A stretch of DNA of 64,000 nt from positions 79,488 through 143,487 of the forward strand of contig JBFWUM010000002.1 of assembly GCA_050247255.1 (NCBI GenBank). The letters run 5' to 3'. The translations under genes and the position numbers were made by a program. Source of the DNA: Vicinamibacterales bacterium. GTDB taxonomy: Bacteria; Acidobacteriota; Vicinamibacteria; Vicinamibacterales; UBA2999. This document shows positions 35,779 through 45,350 of the stretch, in pieces (position 1 is the first letter of the stretch; each line of letters opens with the position of its first letter). The notes under the pieces are model-generated. The model did no database searches and had not been told where the DNA came from. It saw nothing but the letters and a program-made list of their open reading frames with translations.

Positions 35779-37212
35779 ATGCGCCTGCACATCAATTTCT
35801 CGGTCGTGCTGCCGGTCTACGCGCGGGTCGCGCTCGACCTGCAGCGCCGCTACGGGATCGAGGGCTTCTCGGGATTCGTCTACGGGCGCGACAGCCTCCA
35901 CGACCTCGAGGCGATCGGCTTTCCTCTCGAGGGCGTGCGGACGCTGACCGATGCGCTGCGGGCCCGCGGCGACCGTGACCCCGACATGGCCTATCTGCGC
36001 GAGTGCGAGCGGCGCTACGGCCCGAACCTCTACCTGATGATCGCCGGCTGCAGGTTTGTCTCGGGCTTCCCGCATCGCCGCGCCCTGCAAGTGCTCGAAA
36101 CCGGCTTCCGCCTGATCGAAGGGTTGTTCGACGAGTACCGCCCGGGGGCGGTCATCAGCGACGGCGTCGCCTGCACGCTGAGCTACATCCAGTATGCAGT
36201 CGCCAAGGCACGGGGCGTGCCGTTTCTGACGATTGCGCCGGCGCGCGTCAACGGCCGCTTCTACATCATCCGCAACCATCGAGATCAATACGAGCGGGTC
36301 GACGCGCTGTTTGAGGCCTACAAGCGGAATGGCTTGCCGGTGCCGCAGCGCGCCGAGGCGGCCGCATTCATCGAGGGCTTCCGCGAGGCGGCTACGAAGC
36401 CTGACTACTTCATCAAGCTGGCCACCCAGCCGGGCTTCGATGCCGGCGCCCTCGGCACCCTGGCGTCGCTGGCCTATCGGCGTTACGTGCTGGACCGCGA
36501 CAACTACCTGCTGGCGGCGCCTCACGAGGCGGTACTCAGCCGGCTGACGCGCATCATCAAGAGCCGGCTGCTGGACCGTCCTCATTTCGATGCGCCGCGG
36601 GCGGACGAGAAGTTCGTCTTCTTCCCGCTCCATTTCCAACCGGAACTGACGACGCTGGTGCTCGCGCCGCACTTCGTCAACCAGGTGGCGGTGATCGAGA
36701 ACCTGGCGAAGACGCTGCCGATCGACCACCTGCTCTACGTGAAGGAACACAAGGCGAGCCTCGGCCGGCGCCCACTGGGCTACTACCAGGCGATTCGGCG
36801 GATCCCGAACGTTCGGCTGCTGTCGCCGTTCCTCGACAGCCATACCCTGATCAAGGCGGCGTCGGCGGTGTGCGTGATCTCCAGCACCGTCGGCTGGGAG
36901 GCGCTTCTCTACGAGAAGCCGGTAATCACGCTTGGCGACGTCTGCTACAACGCCTTCGATCTGGTGACCCACGTGACCGACATGACCGCTGTTGCTGGTG
37001 CCATCGCGCACGCCATCGAACAATTCCGGCCGGACCGCGACCTGCTGGAGAAATACGTCGCCGCCATGCTCAATGGGATGTACGAGGGGGACGTCTTCCA
37101 TCCTCCCGGCGAGCGGACGAGCCCGAGCCTGCGTCCGGACAACATCTCGCGGGTCGCGGACGTGGTGGCCGCGGAGCTCTCGTTGGCGCCGGCGGCAGGA
37201 GTATCAGCGTGA
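35779..37212 (+). CDS. Capsule polysaccharide biosynthesis protein family (KpsS/KpsC/LpsZ-like); candidate CMP-pseudaminic acid transferase
   Basis: The ATG abuts the upstream TGA. KFVFFPLHFQPELTT, LYVKEHKASLGRRP, CVISSTVGWEALLYEKPVITLG are typical of the Capsule_synth family. Confidence 0.7.
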   Translation: MRLHINFSVVLPVYARVALDLQRRYGIEGFSGFVYGRDSLHDLEAIGFPLEGVRTLTDALRARGDRDPDMAYLRECERRYGPNLYLMIAGCRFVSGFPHRRALQVLETGFRLIEGLFDEYRPGAVISDGVACTLSYIQYAVAKARGVPFLTIAPARVNGRFYIIRNHRDQYERVDALFEAYKRNGLPVPQRAEAAAFIEGFREAATKPDYFIKLATQPGFDAGALGTLASLAYRRYVLDRDNYLLAAPHEAVLSRLTRIIKSRLLDRPHFDAPRADEKFVFFPLHFQPELTTLVLAPHFVNQVAVIENLAKTLPIDHLLYVKEHKASLGRRPLGYYQAIRRIPNVRLLSPFLDSHTLIKAASAVCVISSTVGWEALLYEKPVITLGDVCYNAFDLVTHVTDMTAVAGAIAHAIEQFRPDRDLLEKYVAAMLNGMYEGDVFHPPGERTSPSLRPDNISRVADVVAAELSLAPAAGVSA

Positions 37213-38147
37213 TTGAGACGCCGGCGGTTCCCGCCGTCTCGCGGCGCTCGGCGCTGCAGTGGGTCAGGGGCATCGCGCACCAGTACGGGTATCGCCTGGT
37301 CCTGGGTCAGCTGCCGCGCCTGTATTACGGCAACGACGCCGGGTTCTCGCAGAACTTCCGGGCAGGACGCGAACTCCGCGCGCTGCGGGCGCGGGCGCCG
37401 CAGGCGGGATCGCCGGGGGACGCCCGTCCGGCACGCCTACGGCAGGAGGGGTTTCTGCCACTGGGGAAGCCGTACGCGCCGGCGCTCGTCGCCGCGATCC
37501 GTTCACGTGTAGCCGAGCTCGTGATGGATCCGGCGGCGTCTCTGCCGGTCGGACCGCGGATCAAGGACGCCATTCGAGGCATCGTCGATCCGCTGGAACG
37601 CATTCCCGAGATCGCGCAGCTGCTCTCTGACGATATCCAGGGTGTGCTGCGGGGGTACTTCGGGACGCACTTTCGTGTCGAGCACGTACGCGTGTGGCGA
37701 AATGTCCACGTGCCCGACGCCTTCGCGCGGCAGGACGTGTACTCGAACCTGTGGCACAACGACCAAGACCCGGTCACCCTGTTGCGGCTGTTCGTCTACA
37801 TGACCGACGGCGTCACGCGCGAAACTGGCGCGACCAACGTCCATTCGATTGCGGCCACCAAGCAGATTATCCGGCGCGGGTACCTGCGGCGCCGGGCGAT
37901 CCTGCCGCCCGCGCGGCGGATCCTCGAAGACGCCGCGCGCATTCAGTACTTCGAGGGTGATGCCGGGTCGGCCTGCCTGCTCAACCCGCAGCTCTGCCTG
38001 CACCGCGCCACCGTTCCGCGGGCCGGGGCCCATCGCGACATGATTCAGTTCACCATCGCGCCGTCCGGCGTGCCGCTCGCCGACGACTGGCACCGCCGGA
38101 TGCCGCCCGACGCCGTGATGCACGCGATGGCTCCGGAGCGCGGGTGA
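37209..38147 (+). CDS. Hypothetical protein with possible Fe(II)/2-oxoglutarate dioxygenase (PhyH-like) HxD...H motif
   Basis: GTG 37209 (GTGA overlap). NLWHNDQD (HxD) is followed ~85 residues later by LCLHRATVP. Weak, motif-level evidence only. Confidence 0.4.
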   Translation: MIETPAVPAVSRRSALQWVRGIAHQYGYRLVLGQLPRLYYGNDAGFSQNFRAGRELRALRARAPQAGSPGDARPARLRQEGFLPLGKPYAPALVAAIRSRVAELVMDPAASLPVGPRIKDAIRGIVDPLERIPEIAQLLSDDIQGVLRGYFGTHFRVEHVRVWRNVHVPDAFARQDVYSNLWHNDQDPVTLLRLFVYMTDGVTRETGATNVHSIAATKQIIRRGYLRRRAILPPARRILEDAARIQYFEGDAGSACLLNPQLCLHRATVPRAGAHRDMIQFTIAPSGVPLADDWHRRMPPDAVMHAMAPERG

Positions 38148-39469
38148 GCCGGGTCGCGGCCCGACAGATCGCCCACACGCTGTCGGCGAAGGGGGTGACG
38201 GCGGCGCTCCGCGTCGGCCTGATGGCCATCCTCGCCCGCGAGTTGACCCCCGACGCCTACGGCGCTTATTCACTGATCCTGACGGTTGGCACCTTCGGCG
38301 TGCTGATGGCCGGCCTGAATCTCGGCATCTACGTGTACCGGGCGGTGCCCGGCCGTGAGCCGTCGGCGCAGTTGAGCCTGTTCAAGACGACCTTCCTGTT
38401 CGAAGTCGGGCTGGCGCTCATTCTCGTCGTCATCATCATCGGCGGTGGCCTCGTTCCGATCGCCCTGCGGGGGCTCAACGCCGAGGGGTACGAGGGGGCC
38501 TTCGCGCTGGGCCTCGTCCTACTCGTTGTGCTGGTTGCGCTGTCGGAGGCGACGCAGTACTTCACGGCGCAGGCCAGGATCGAGCAGGCGAACTGGGTGG
38601 ACATCCTGAGCCAGGCGGCCTGGGTGCTGCCGTTTGCCGCCTGGTGGGCCCTGGGACTGCCGATCACCGTGCTCGCCGTCATCGCCGCGCAGCTGGCCGG
38701 CGGGCTGGCGGCGCTGTGGTACGGCGCCCGCCAGGTGGGCAGCCGGGAGTGGTATCACGCGACGCCCGCCTGGCATGAGCTCCGGACCGCGATCGGCTTC
38801 AGTGTGCCCATGATCGTGCCGGGCCTGAGCCTCTACGTGCTGCGCCTGGCCGACCGCTTCATCCTGTCATCGGCGTGGGGGCTCGAGCAGGTCGGCATCT
38901 ACGCCTTCGCCTACACGTTCGTGAACATGCTCTACACGTTCACCGCCTGGGCCATTTTCAAGACGTTTGGCCCGCGGATCATCGCCGCGCACAACGAGGC
39001 AGATCACGCGCGCCGGGACAGGCTGCAGAGCTACATGGTGAAGATCGCGCTGCTGGCCTTTGTCGGCGCGACGGCAGCGCTGCTCGTTCTCTACGATCCC
39101 GTGGTGTCGCTGGTGGCGCGGCCCGAATACCTGGCGGCGGCTCGGCCGCTGCCGCTGCTGGCGCTCTGCTACGTGTTCATCATCCTCACGTACCCGGCCG
39201 ACAACATGCTGTTCATGCAGGACCGGGTGAAATCATCGGCGGCGATCGATCTGGCCGGCATGGCTGTCGGCATCGCCGCCAACCTGCTGCTGGTGCCGCG
39301 CTGGTCGTATATGGGGGCGGCGGTCGCGTCCACCGTCGGCTTCGGCACGATCATGCTCGGCAAGTACGCCTTCTCCGGCACGCTGTCGTCGCTGCGCCCC
39401 GACGTCCTGTTCTCGTTCGACACCGAGGCTCGCATGCTCGGGTCGTACCTCGTGCGGTGGCGCAGCTGA
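38144..39469 (+). CDS. Oligosaccharide flippase (Wzx/MOP superfamily), copy 1
   Basis: 441 aa with about 12 hydrophobic segments. The N-terminus KGVTAALRVGLMAILARELTPDAYGAYSLI is typical of polysaccharide biosynthesis (PST) proteins. Confidence 0.8.
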   Translation: MSRVAARQIAHTLSAKGVTAALRVGLMAILARELTPDAYGAYSLILTVGTFGVLMAGLNLGIYVYRAVPGREPSAQLSLFKTTFLFEVGLALILVVIIIGGGLVPIALRGLNAEGYEGAFALGLVLLVVLVALSEATQYFTAQARIEQANWVDILSQAAWVLPFAAWWALGLPITVLAVIAAQLAGGLAALWYGARQVGSREWYHATPAWHELRTAIGFSVPMIVPGLSLYVLRLADRFILSSAWGLEQVGIYAFAYTFVNMLYTFTAWAIFKTFGPRIIAAHNEADHARRDRLQSYMVKIALLAFVGATAALLVLYDPVVSLVARPEYLAAARPLPLLALCYVFIILTYPADNMLFMQDRVKSSAAIDLAGMAVGIAANLLLVPRWSYMGAAVASTVGFGTIMLGKYAFSGTLSSLRPDVLFSFDTEARMLGSYLVRWRS

Positions 39470-41337
39470 TGTGCGGCATCGCCGGCATTGTCAGCTTCGG
39501 TCCGCCGGTGGACGGCGACCTGCTGCGCGCCATGAACGCGCGCCTCGTCCACCGCGGGCCCGACGACGGCGGCGAGTGGGTCGACGCGACGTCCCGCGTC
39601 GGCCTGGCGAACCGCCGCCTGGCCATCCTCGATCTCAGCGCGGCTGGCCACCAGCCGATGGTGGCGCGCGACAGCGGGCACGTAATCGCGTACAACGGGG
39701 AGATCTACAACTTCCTCGAGTTACGGCACGAGCTGGAAGGGCACGGCCATCGGTTCTGTACCGGGTCCGACACGGAAGTACTGCTCGCCGCCTACGCCCA
39801 CTGGGGCGACGCCTGTGTGGAGCGGCTCAACGGGATGTTCGCCTTTGCGATCTGGGATCCAGGGCGGCAACGGCTGTTCGCCGCGCGCGATCGCTTCGGC
39901 GAGAAGCCGTTCTACTATCACCGCTCGCCCGAGCGCCTCGTCTTCGCGTCCGAAATCAAGGCGCTGCTCGCTGACTCGCGCACGCCGCGCGCCGCTGACG
40001 AAGCGGCCGTGACGCGCTACCTGCTGCTGGCCCAGCTCGACGGGGACGAGCGGACCTTTTTCGACTCGATCTGCCAGCTGCGGCCGGCGCACACGCTGTC
40101 TGTGGATCGCGACGGTACCCTCACGACCCGGCGCTACTGGCAGCTCGACCTGGCCGCAACGCTCGACCCCGGCGAAGAGCCGGACGCGCCGGAGCGTTTC
40201 CGTGAGCTGCTGTTCGATTCAATTCGCCTCCGGATGCGCTCGGACGTCCCGGTGGGGTCGAGCCTCAGCGGCGGCCTCGACTCGAGCAGCATCGTGTGTG
40301 CGATGTCGCGGCTGGTCGATCGCCGCGCCCAGCAGCAGAACACCTTCTCCGCGCGCTACCGGTCGGGCGGCACCGACGAAGGGCGCTACATCCGGGAAGT
40401 GACCGGGGCGACTGCGGTCCAGGGGCACGAGGTGTTCATCGAGGGCGCCGATCTCGCCGGTGAGGTCGAGCGGTTCCTCTGGTTCCAGGACGAACCGGTG
40501 GCGCACACCAGCCAGTACGCGCAGTGGAAGGTGATGCAACTGGCGCGCGACACCGGCGTCACCGTGCTGCTCGACGGGCAGGGGGCCGATGAGATCATCG
40601 GCGGCTACCCGGCGCAGACATTCGGCTATGGTTACGCCGAGCTCCTGCGTGGCGGGCGTATCGGCGAACTGGCGCGCGAGCTGGGCGCCTACCGGCGGCA
40701 TCAGGGTTCCTTCGGCCCGGCCCTGCGCTACCTGGCCGCGGCGCTGCTGCCGGAAGAGACACGGAGCCGGCAGCGCACGCGCGCACACGCGACGCGTGGC
40801 CTGCGTCCGCGCTGGACTGCCGACAGCCTGGCCGGCGAGACAGCGCCCGGCTATGCGGCGGCGCCGGTGCTGCGGCAGGCCCTCTATCGCACGCTGACGT
40901 CGTCGAGCCTGCCGGGCCTGCTGCGCTACGGCGACCGCAACAGCATGGCGTTCTCGCGCGAGGCGCGCCTGCCGTTCCTCGATCACCGCCTGGTGGAGTT
41001 CGCGTATGCGCTGCCGTCGCGGCTGCTGCTGCGCGACGCCGTGACCAAGACCATCCTGCGACAGGCGATGGACGGAATCATTCCCGAGCCGGTGCGTGTG
41101 CGCATGGACAAGGTGGGCTTCGCCACGCCCGAGCGTGACTGGTTCCTGGGTCCGATGCAGCCGTGGCTGCGCGACGCACTGGACGGACTGAAGCGGCGTG
41201 ACGTTGTGCCTGGAGCGGCGATCGGGGAGCAGTGGCAACGCTTCCTGCGAGGCGGCGATTCCGGCACCGTGTGGCGGCTCGCCAACCTGGAAGCCTGGAT
41301 GCGCCGGTTCATCGACCGCGTGCCGGAGGCGGCATGA
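39469..41337 (+). CDS. asnB: Asparagine synthase (glutamine-hydrolysing) family amidotransferase, paralog 2
   Basis: The ATG overlaps the wzx TGA (TGATG). MCGIAGIVSF, HRGPDDGG, YNGEIYNF, SDTEVLL, SLSGGLDSS and LLDGQGADEIIGGY are present. Confidence 0.9.
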   Translation: MCGIAGIVSFGPPVDGDLLRAMNARLVHRGPDDGGEWVDATSRVGLANRRLAILDLSAAGHQPMVARDSGHVIAYNGEIYNFLELRHELEGHGHRFCTGSDTEVLLAAYAHWGDACVERLNGMFAFAIWDPGRQRLFAARDRFGEKPFYYHRSPERLVFASEIKALLADSRTPRAADEAAVTRYLLLAQLDGDERTFFDSICQLRPAHTLSVDRDGTLTTRRYWQLDLAATLDPGEEPDAPERFRELLFDSIRLRMRSDVPVGSSLSGGLDSSSIVCAMSRLVDRRAQQQNTFSARYRSGGTDEGRYIREVTGATAVQGHEVFIEGADLAGEVERFLWFQDEPVAHTSQYAQWKVMQLARDTGVTVLLDGQGADEIIGGYPAQTFGYGYAELLRGGRIGELARELGAYRRHQGSFGPALRYLAAALLPEETRSRQRTRAHATRGLRPRWTADSLAGETAPGYAAAPVLRQALYRTLTSSSLPGLLRYGDRNSMAFSREARLPFLDHRLVEFAYALPSRLLLRDAVTKTILRQAMDGIIPEPVRVRMDKVGFATPERDWFLGPMQPWLRDALDGLKRRDVVPGAAIGEQWQRFLRGGDSGTVWRLANLEAWMRRFIDRVPEAA

Positions 41338-42161
41338 GCAGCGTCATCTACGAAAGCGTCCGCGACCCGGCGGAATATGTCGCGCGCTACAACGCGCTGA
41401 TGGCGGAGCCGACCAATCGTCTGCGCGTGGCGGCGGTCGTCCGCGCCCTGCGTCCGGTCACCGGACCGATCAACCGGGTCATCGACATCGCGTGCGGCGG
41501 TGGCGCGTATCGCACCGCGGTGGCTCGCGCGCTTCGGCTCGAACGTACGCGTTTCGTTCCCGTCGATCGGCAGTACGCCTGCACCGGCGGGTACCGACTC
41601 AATCACCCGGACGCGACCCCCACCCTTGCCGACGTGACCCGGCTTCCGTTCGCGAGCGGAGCCTTCGATCTGGCGCTGTGCCTCGACATTGTCGAGCACC
41701 TTGATGACGACGCGGCGTTCGTTCGCGACGTCGCGCAGCTGGTTCGACCGGGAGGGTGGGTGCTGCTGTCCACTCAGAATTCGCGCTCGCTGGAGCATGT
41801 CATCGGTCTGTCCACCGCGGCGCTGCGGGGGCGCCGGTGGACCGGGTGGGACCCCACCCATGTCCGGTTCTACGACGCCCCGGCGCTCCGCCGGCTGGTG
41901 TCCGAGGCAGGGCTCGAAACCGTGACATTCAGCGGGACCTACTTCGTGCCGTTCCATCTGCCCGCGCGGCTGGTCAGTTGGCCGCTCGAGCGCCTCGGCC
42001 TTCGGCGCGCGGCGGCACTCGCGCATCGCATCGTGCAGTGGCCTTTCTACGCGCTGAACGGATGGTTCGAGCGCCGAGCCGCCACTGCCGTTGCCACCTG
42101 CGGCTTCGGCATCGTCGTCCTGGCGAGAAAGCCCCCATCCCCTGCGGTGATTTCTTCATGA
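41334..42161 (+). CDS. Class I SAM-dependent methyltransferase
   Basis: ATG 41334 (ATGA overlap). VIDIACGGGAY, FDLALCLDIVEHLDDD and VRPGGWVLLST are present. Confidence 0.8.
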   Translation: MSSVIYESVRDPAEYVARYNALMAEPTNRLRVAAVVRALRPVTGPINRVIDIACGGGAYRTAVARALRLERTRFVPVDRQYACTGGYRLNHPDATPTLADVTRLPFASGAFDLALCLDIVEHLDDDAAFVRDVAQLVRPGGWVLLSTQNSRSLEHVIGLSTAALRGRRWTGWDPTHVRFYDAPALRRLVSEAGLETVTFSGTYFVPFHLPARLVSWPLERLGLRRAAALAHRIVQWPFYALNGWFERRAATAVATCGFGIVVLARKPPSPAVISS

Positions 42162-43135
42162 ACCTCGAACATGCCAGGATCGGCGTCGTCGGCGGCGCCG
42201 GCCTGATCGGATCGCACATCATCGACCGGCTCCTGCACGAACAGGTGGCCGAGGTGGTCGTCTTCGACAACTTCCTCCGCGGCACCCGCGACAACCTGGC
42301 CGCCGCCAGCGGTGACCCCCGTCTCCGGATCGTCGAGGGATCGATCACGGATCGCGCGGCGCTGTCGCGCGCGCTGCAGGGGGTCGACGGCGTCTTTCTG
42401 CTGGCGTCCTTGTGGCTCGGGGAGTGCCTGGCCGACCCGCGGAGTGCATGGGAAGTCGGCACCCTCGGGACGTGGAACGTGATCGAGGCCTGCCTCGAGC
42501 ATCGCATCAAGCGCGTCGTCTATTCGTCGTCGGCGTCCGTGTACGGGAACGCGCTTCAGGTGCCGATGACCGAGGAGCACCCCTTCAACAACGTCACCAC
42601 CTATGGCGCCACCAAGATCGCCTGCGAGCAGATGTTTCGCGCCATCTACGCCCAGCACAAGCTGCCGTACGTCGCCAACCGCTACATGAACGTGTACGGG
42701 CCGCGGATGGACCATCGCGGCACCTACGTATCGGTCATCGTCAAGGTGCTCGATCGCATCGCCGCCGGCGAACGGCCGGTGGTGTTTGGCGATGGCTCGC
42801 AGGTCTACGACTTTGTCTACGTCGAGGACGTGGCGCGCGCCAACGTGCTCGGCATGCAGGCCGACTGCGCCGACGAGGCTTTCAATATCGGGTCTGGCCT
42901 CGGCACCTCGATCAATGAGCTGGTCGGCCTGCTGCTCGAGCTCACCGGCTCGCCGCTGACGCCCGAGTACCGGCCGGAAGCGCAAAGCTTCGTCACCCAT
43001 CGAATCGGCAGCACGGAGAAGGCGGAGCGCCTGCTCGGCTTCCGCGCCAGCACCCCCCTGCGGGAGGGGCTGGAGCGCCTGATCGGCTGGCGGCGTGCGG
43101 GCGAGGCTCGAACGGCAGAGCCGGTGGCTCGATGA
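42158..43135 (+). CDS. NAD-dependent epimerase/dehydratase (UDP-sugar 4-epimerase/4,6-dehydratase-like SDR)
   Basis: ATG 42158 (ATGA overlap). IGVVGGAGLIGSHII, YSSSASVYG and YGATKIACE (YxxxK) are present. Confidence 0.85.
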   Translation: MNLEHARIGVVGGAGLIGSHIIDRLLHEQVAEVVVFDNFLRGTRDNLAAASGDPRLRIVEGSITDRAALSRALQGVDGVFLLASLWLGECLADPRSAWEVGTLGTWNVIEACLEHRIKRVVYSSSASVYGNALQVPMTEEHPFNNVTTYGATKIACEQMFRAIYAQHKLPYVANRYMNVYGPRMDHRGTYVSVIVKVLDRIAAGERPVVFGDGSQVYDFVYVEDVARANVLGMQADCADEAFNIGSGLGTSINELVGLLLELTGSPLTPEYRPEAQSFVTHRIGSTEKAERLLGFRASTPLREGLERLIGWRRAGEARTAEPVAR

Positions 43136-44307
43136 GCGTCAGGATCCCGATTTCGCGCCCCTACTTCGGCGAGGAGGAGCGGCTGGCCCTCACCGAGCCG
43201 CTCGAGACCGGGTGGGTCGTCCAGGGGCCTCGGGTTCAGGCGTTCGAGCAGGCGTTCGCGGCGCGGATCGGGGCCGCGCACGCGGCCGCGACCACGTCGT
43301 GTACGACCGCGCTCCACCTCGCCGTGGCGGCGCTCGGCCTCGCTCCTGGTGACGAGGTGATCGTGCCGGCGTTCACCTGGATCTCGACCGCCAATGTCGT
43401 CGAGCACATGGGCGCCAGGCCGGTGTTCTGTGACATCGACCTGGCGACGTTCAACATCGACGTCCGTCAGATCGAAGCCCGCATCACTTCGAGAACCGTC
43501 GGCATCATTCCCGTGCACCTGTTCGGCCTCTGCGCCGACATGCCGGCGGTCAGTCGCGTCGCCGCGGCGAACGGCCTCTGGGTGCTCGAGGACGCCGCCT
43601 GCGGATTCGGCGCCGCGATCGACGGCCGTCACGCCGGGACCCTGGGTACGGCAGGCTGCTTCAGCTTTCATCCGCGCAAGGCGATCACGACCGGCGAAGG
43701 CGGGATGGTGACGACGGCGGACGCCGAGCTCGATCGCCGGGTGAGGAGCCTGCGCGATCACGGCGCCTCGCGCTCCGACCTCGAGCGCCATGTCTCGACG
43801 CGCTCGTTCCTCCTCTCCGACTATGACCTGCTCGGCTACAACTACCGGATGACCGACTTCCAGGGCGCGCTCGGCGTCGTGCAGCTGGCGCGCGGCGACG
43901 AGATCCTCGGCGCCCGGCGGCGGATTGCCGCGCGCTACGATGCCGCGCTGGCAGGAGCCGCCTGGCTCGACCTTCCGGCGTGTCCGGACGGCTATACCCA
44001 CGGCTACCAGTCGTACGTCTGCCTGTTCCGTCCGGAAGCACCGACGCTGGCCCGGATGCCGGAACTGCACGATCGGCGCAACGCGATCATGGCCAGACTC
44101 GAGGCGCGAGGGATCGCCACGCGGCAGGGCACACACGCACCGCCGTTCACCGGCTTCTACGCGGCCAAGTACGGCTACCGCCTCGAGGACTTTCCGCAGG
44201 CGGCATTGGCCGAGCGCCTCTCGCTGTCCCTGCCGGTGTACACGCAGCTCACCGATGCCGAGGTAGACGAGGTCTGCAGCGCACTCCGGGATGCCTTCGA
44301 TGCGTGA
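43132..44307 (+). CDS. DegT/DnrJ/EryC1/StrS family aminotransferase (third of three)
   Basis: ATG 43132 (ATGA overlap). IPISRPYFGEEERLAL, DEVIVPAFTWISTAN, FSFHPRKAITTGEGG and YNYRMTDFQGALGVVQL are present. Confidence 0.85.
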   Translation: MSVRIPISRPYFGEEERLALTEPLETGWVVQGPRVQAFEQAFAARIGAAHAAATTSCTTALHLAVAALGLAPGDEVIVPAFTWISTANVVEHMGARPVFCDIDLATFNIDVRQIEARITSRTVGIIPVHLFGLCADMPAVSRVAAANGLWVLEDAACGFGAAIDGRHAGTLGTAGCFSFHPRKAITTGEGGMVTTADAELDRRVRSLRDHGASRSDLERHVSTRSFLLSDYDLLGYNYRMTDFQGALGVVQLARGDEILGARRRIAARYDAALAGAAWLDLPACPDGYTHGYQSYVCLFRPEAPTLARMPELHDRRNAIMARLEARGIATRQGTHAPPFTGFYAAKYGYRLEDFPQAALAERLSLSLPVYTQLTDAEVDEVCSALRDAFDA

Positions 44308-45349
44308 AGACCTGCTGTCGATGATGGTCGATCCAGCCGACCGCTCGCCGATGCGGGTCCTGGTGACGGAACGGTCGGCCGACGGGGCGGTCCTGGAGGG
44401 GACGCTTGCGGGCAGCGGGGGCCGGCAGTACCCGATCCGCGCGGGCATCCCACGGTTTGTCGGGGCCACGGATCAGGCGCAGGAACAGACGAAGGGGAGC
44501 TTCGCGTACAAGTGGCAGCGGACCACGAGTTATGGCTCCAGCGCGTCGATCGAGCAGGGGCGCCGCTGGCTGCTCGAGCGCTACGGGTTCGGCTCGAGCG
44601 AGGAGATGGCCGGGTACATGGCGTCGCGCGGCCGCGTGCTCGACGCCGGCTGCGGCGGCGGGCACGCCGCGTCCTTCTGGTTGTCCCCTGGCTGGGGCGG
44701 TGACGCGTGGGTGGGTATCGACATCTCTGACGCGATCGACGTGGCGCGCGAACGCCTCGGCTCGATTCCGGCGACGGCATTCGTCCAGGCCGACGTCATG
44801 CAGCTGCCGTTCGCCGACGAGGCGTTCGATGTCGTGTTCTCCGAGGGGGTGCTGCACCATACGCCGAGCACGGAACGCGCGTTCAAGTCGCTCGTGCGCG
44901 TCGTGCGCTCCGGTGGGGAGCTGATGGTGTACATCTACCGCCGCAAGTCGCCGGTGCGCGAGTTCACCGACGACCATGTGCGCCAGGCGATCGCCGGCCT
45001 GCCGCCGGAGGCGGCCTGGGAAGCCCTGCGGCCGCTCACCGCGCTCGGCCAGGCGCTGGCACAGGCGCGCGTGACGATCGAGCTGCCCGAGCCGGTGGAC
45101 GTGCTCGGCATCCCCGCCGGGCGTCACGACGTGCAGCGGCTGATCTACTGGCATTTCGCCAAGCTGTTCTGGAACGACGCGCTGTCGTTCGAGGAGAACC
45201 TGCACGTGAACTTCGACTGGTACCACCCCCGCTACGCTCACCGGCATACCGAGGCCGAGCTTCGCCGGTGGTGCGACGAGGCGGGGTTGCGCGTCACCCG
45301 CCTCGACGTCCAGGACAGCGGGTTCACGCTGCGGGCGATCCGCGACTGA
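44291..45349 (+). CDS. Class I SAM-dependent methyltransferase with N-terminal Trm112-like segment
   Basis: YPIRAGIPRFV is followed by VLDAGCGGGHAA, FDVVFSEGVLHHT and VRSGGELMVYIY. The start is ATG 44291 or ATG 44300. Confidence 0.8.
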   Translation: MPSMREDLLSMMVDPADRSPMRVLVTERSADGAVLEGTLAGSGGRQYPIRAGIPRFVGATDQAQEQTKGSFAYKWQRTTSYGSSASIEQGRRWLLERYGFGSSEEMAGYMASRGRVLDAGCGGGHAASFWLSPGWGGDAWVGIDISDAIDVARERLGSIPATAFVQADVMQLPFADEAFDVVFSEGVLHHTPSTERAFKSLVRVVRSGGELMVYIYRRKSPVREFTDDHVRQAIAGLPPEAAWEALRPLTALGQALAQARVTIELPEPVDVLGIPAGRHDVQRLIYWHFAKLFWNDALSFEENLHVNFDWYHPRYAHRHTEAELRRWCDEAGLRVTRLDVQDSGFTLRAIRD

Positions 45350-45350
45350 T

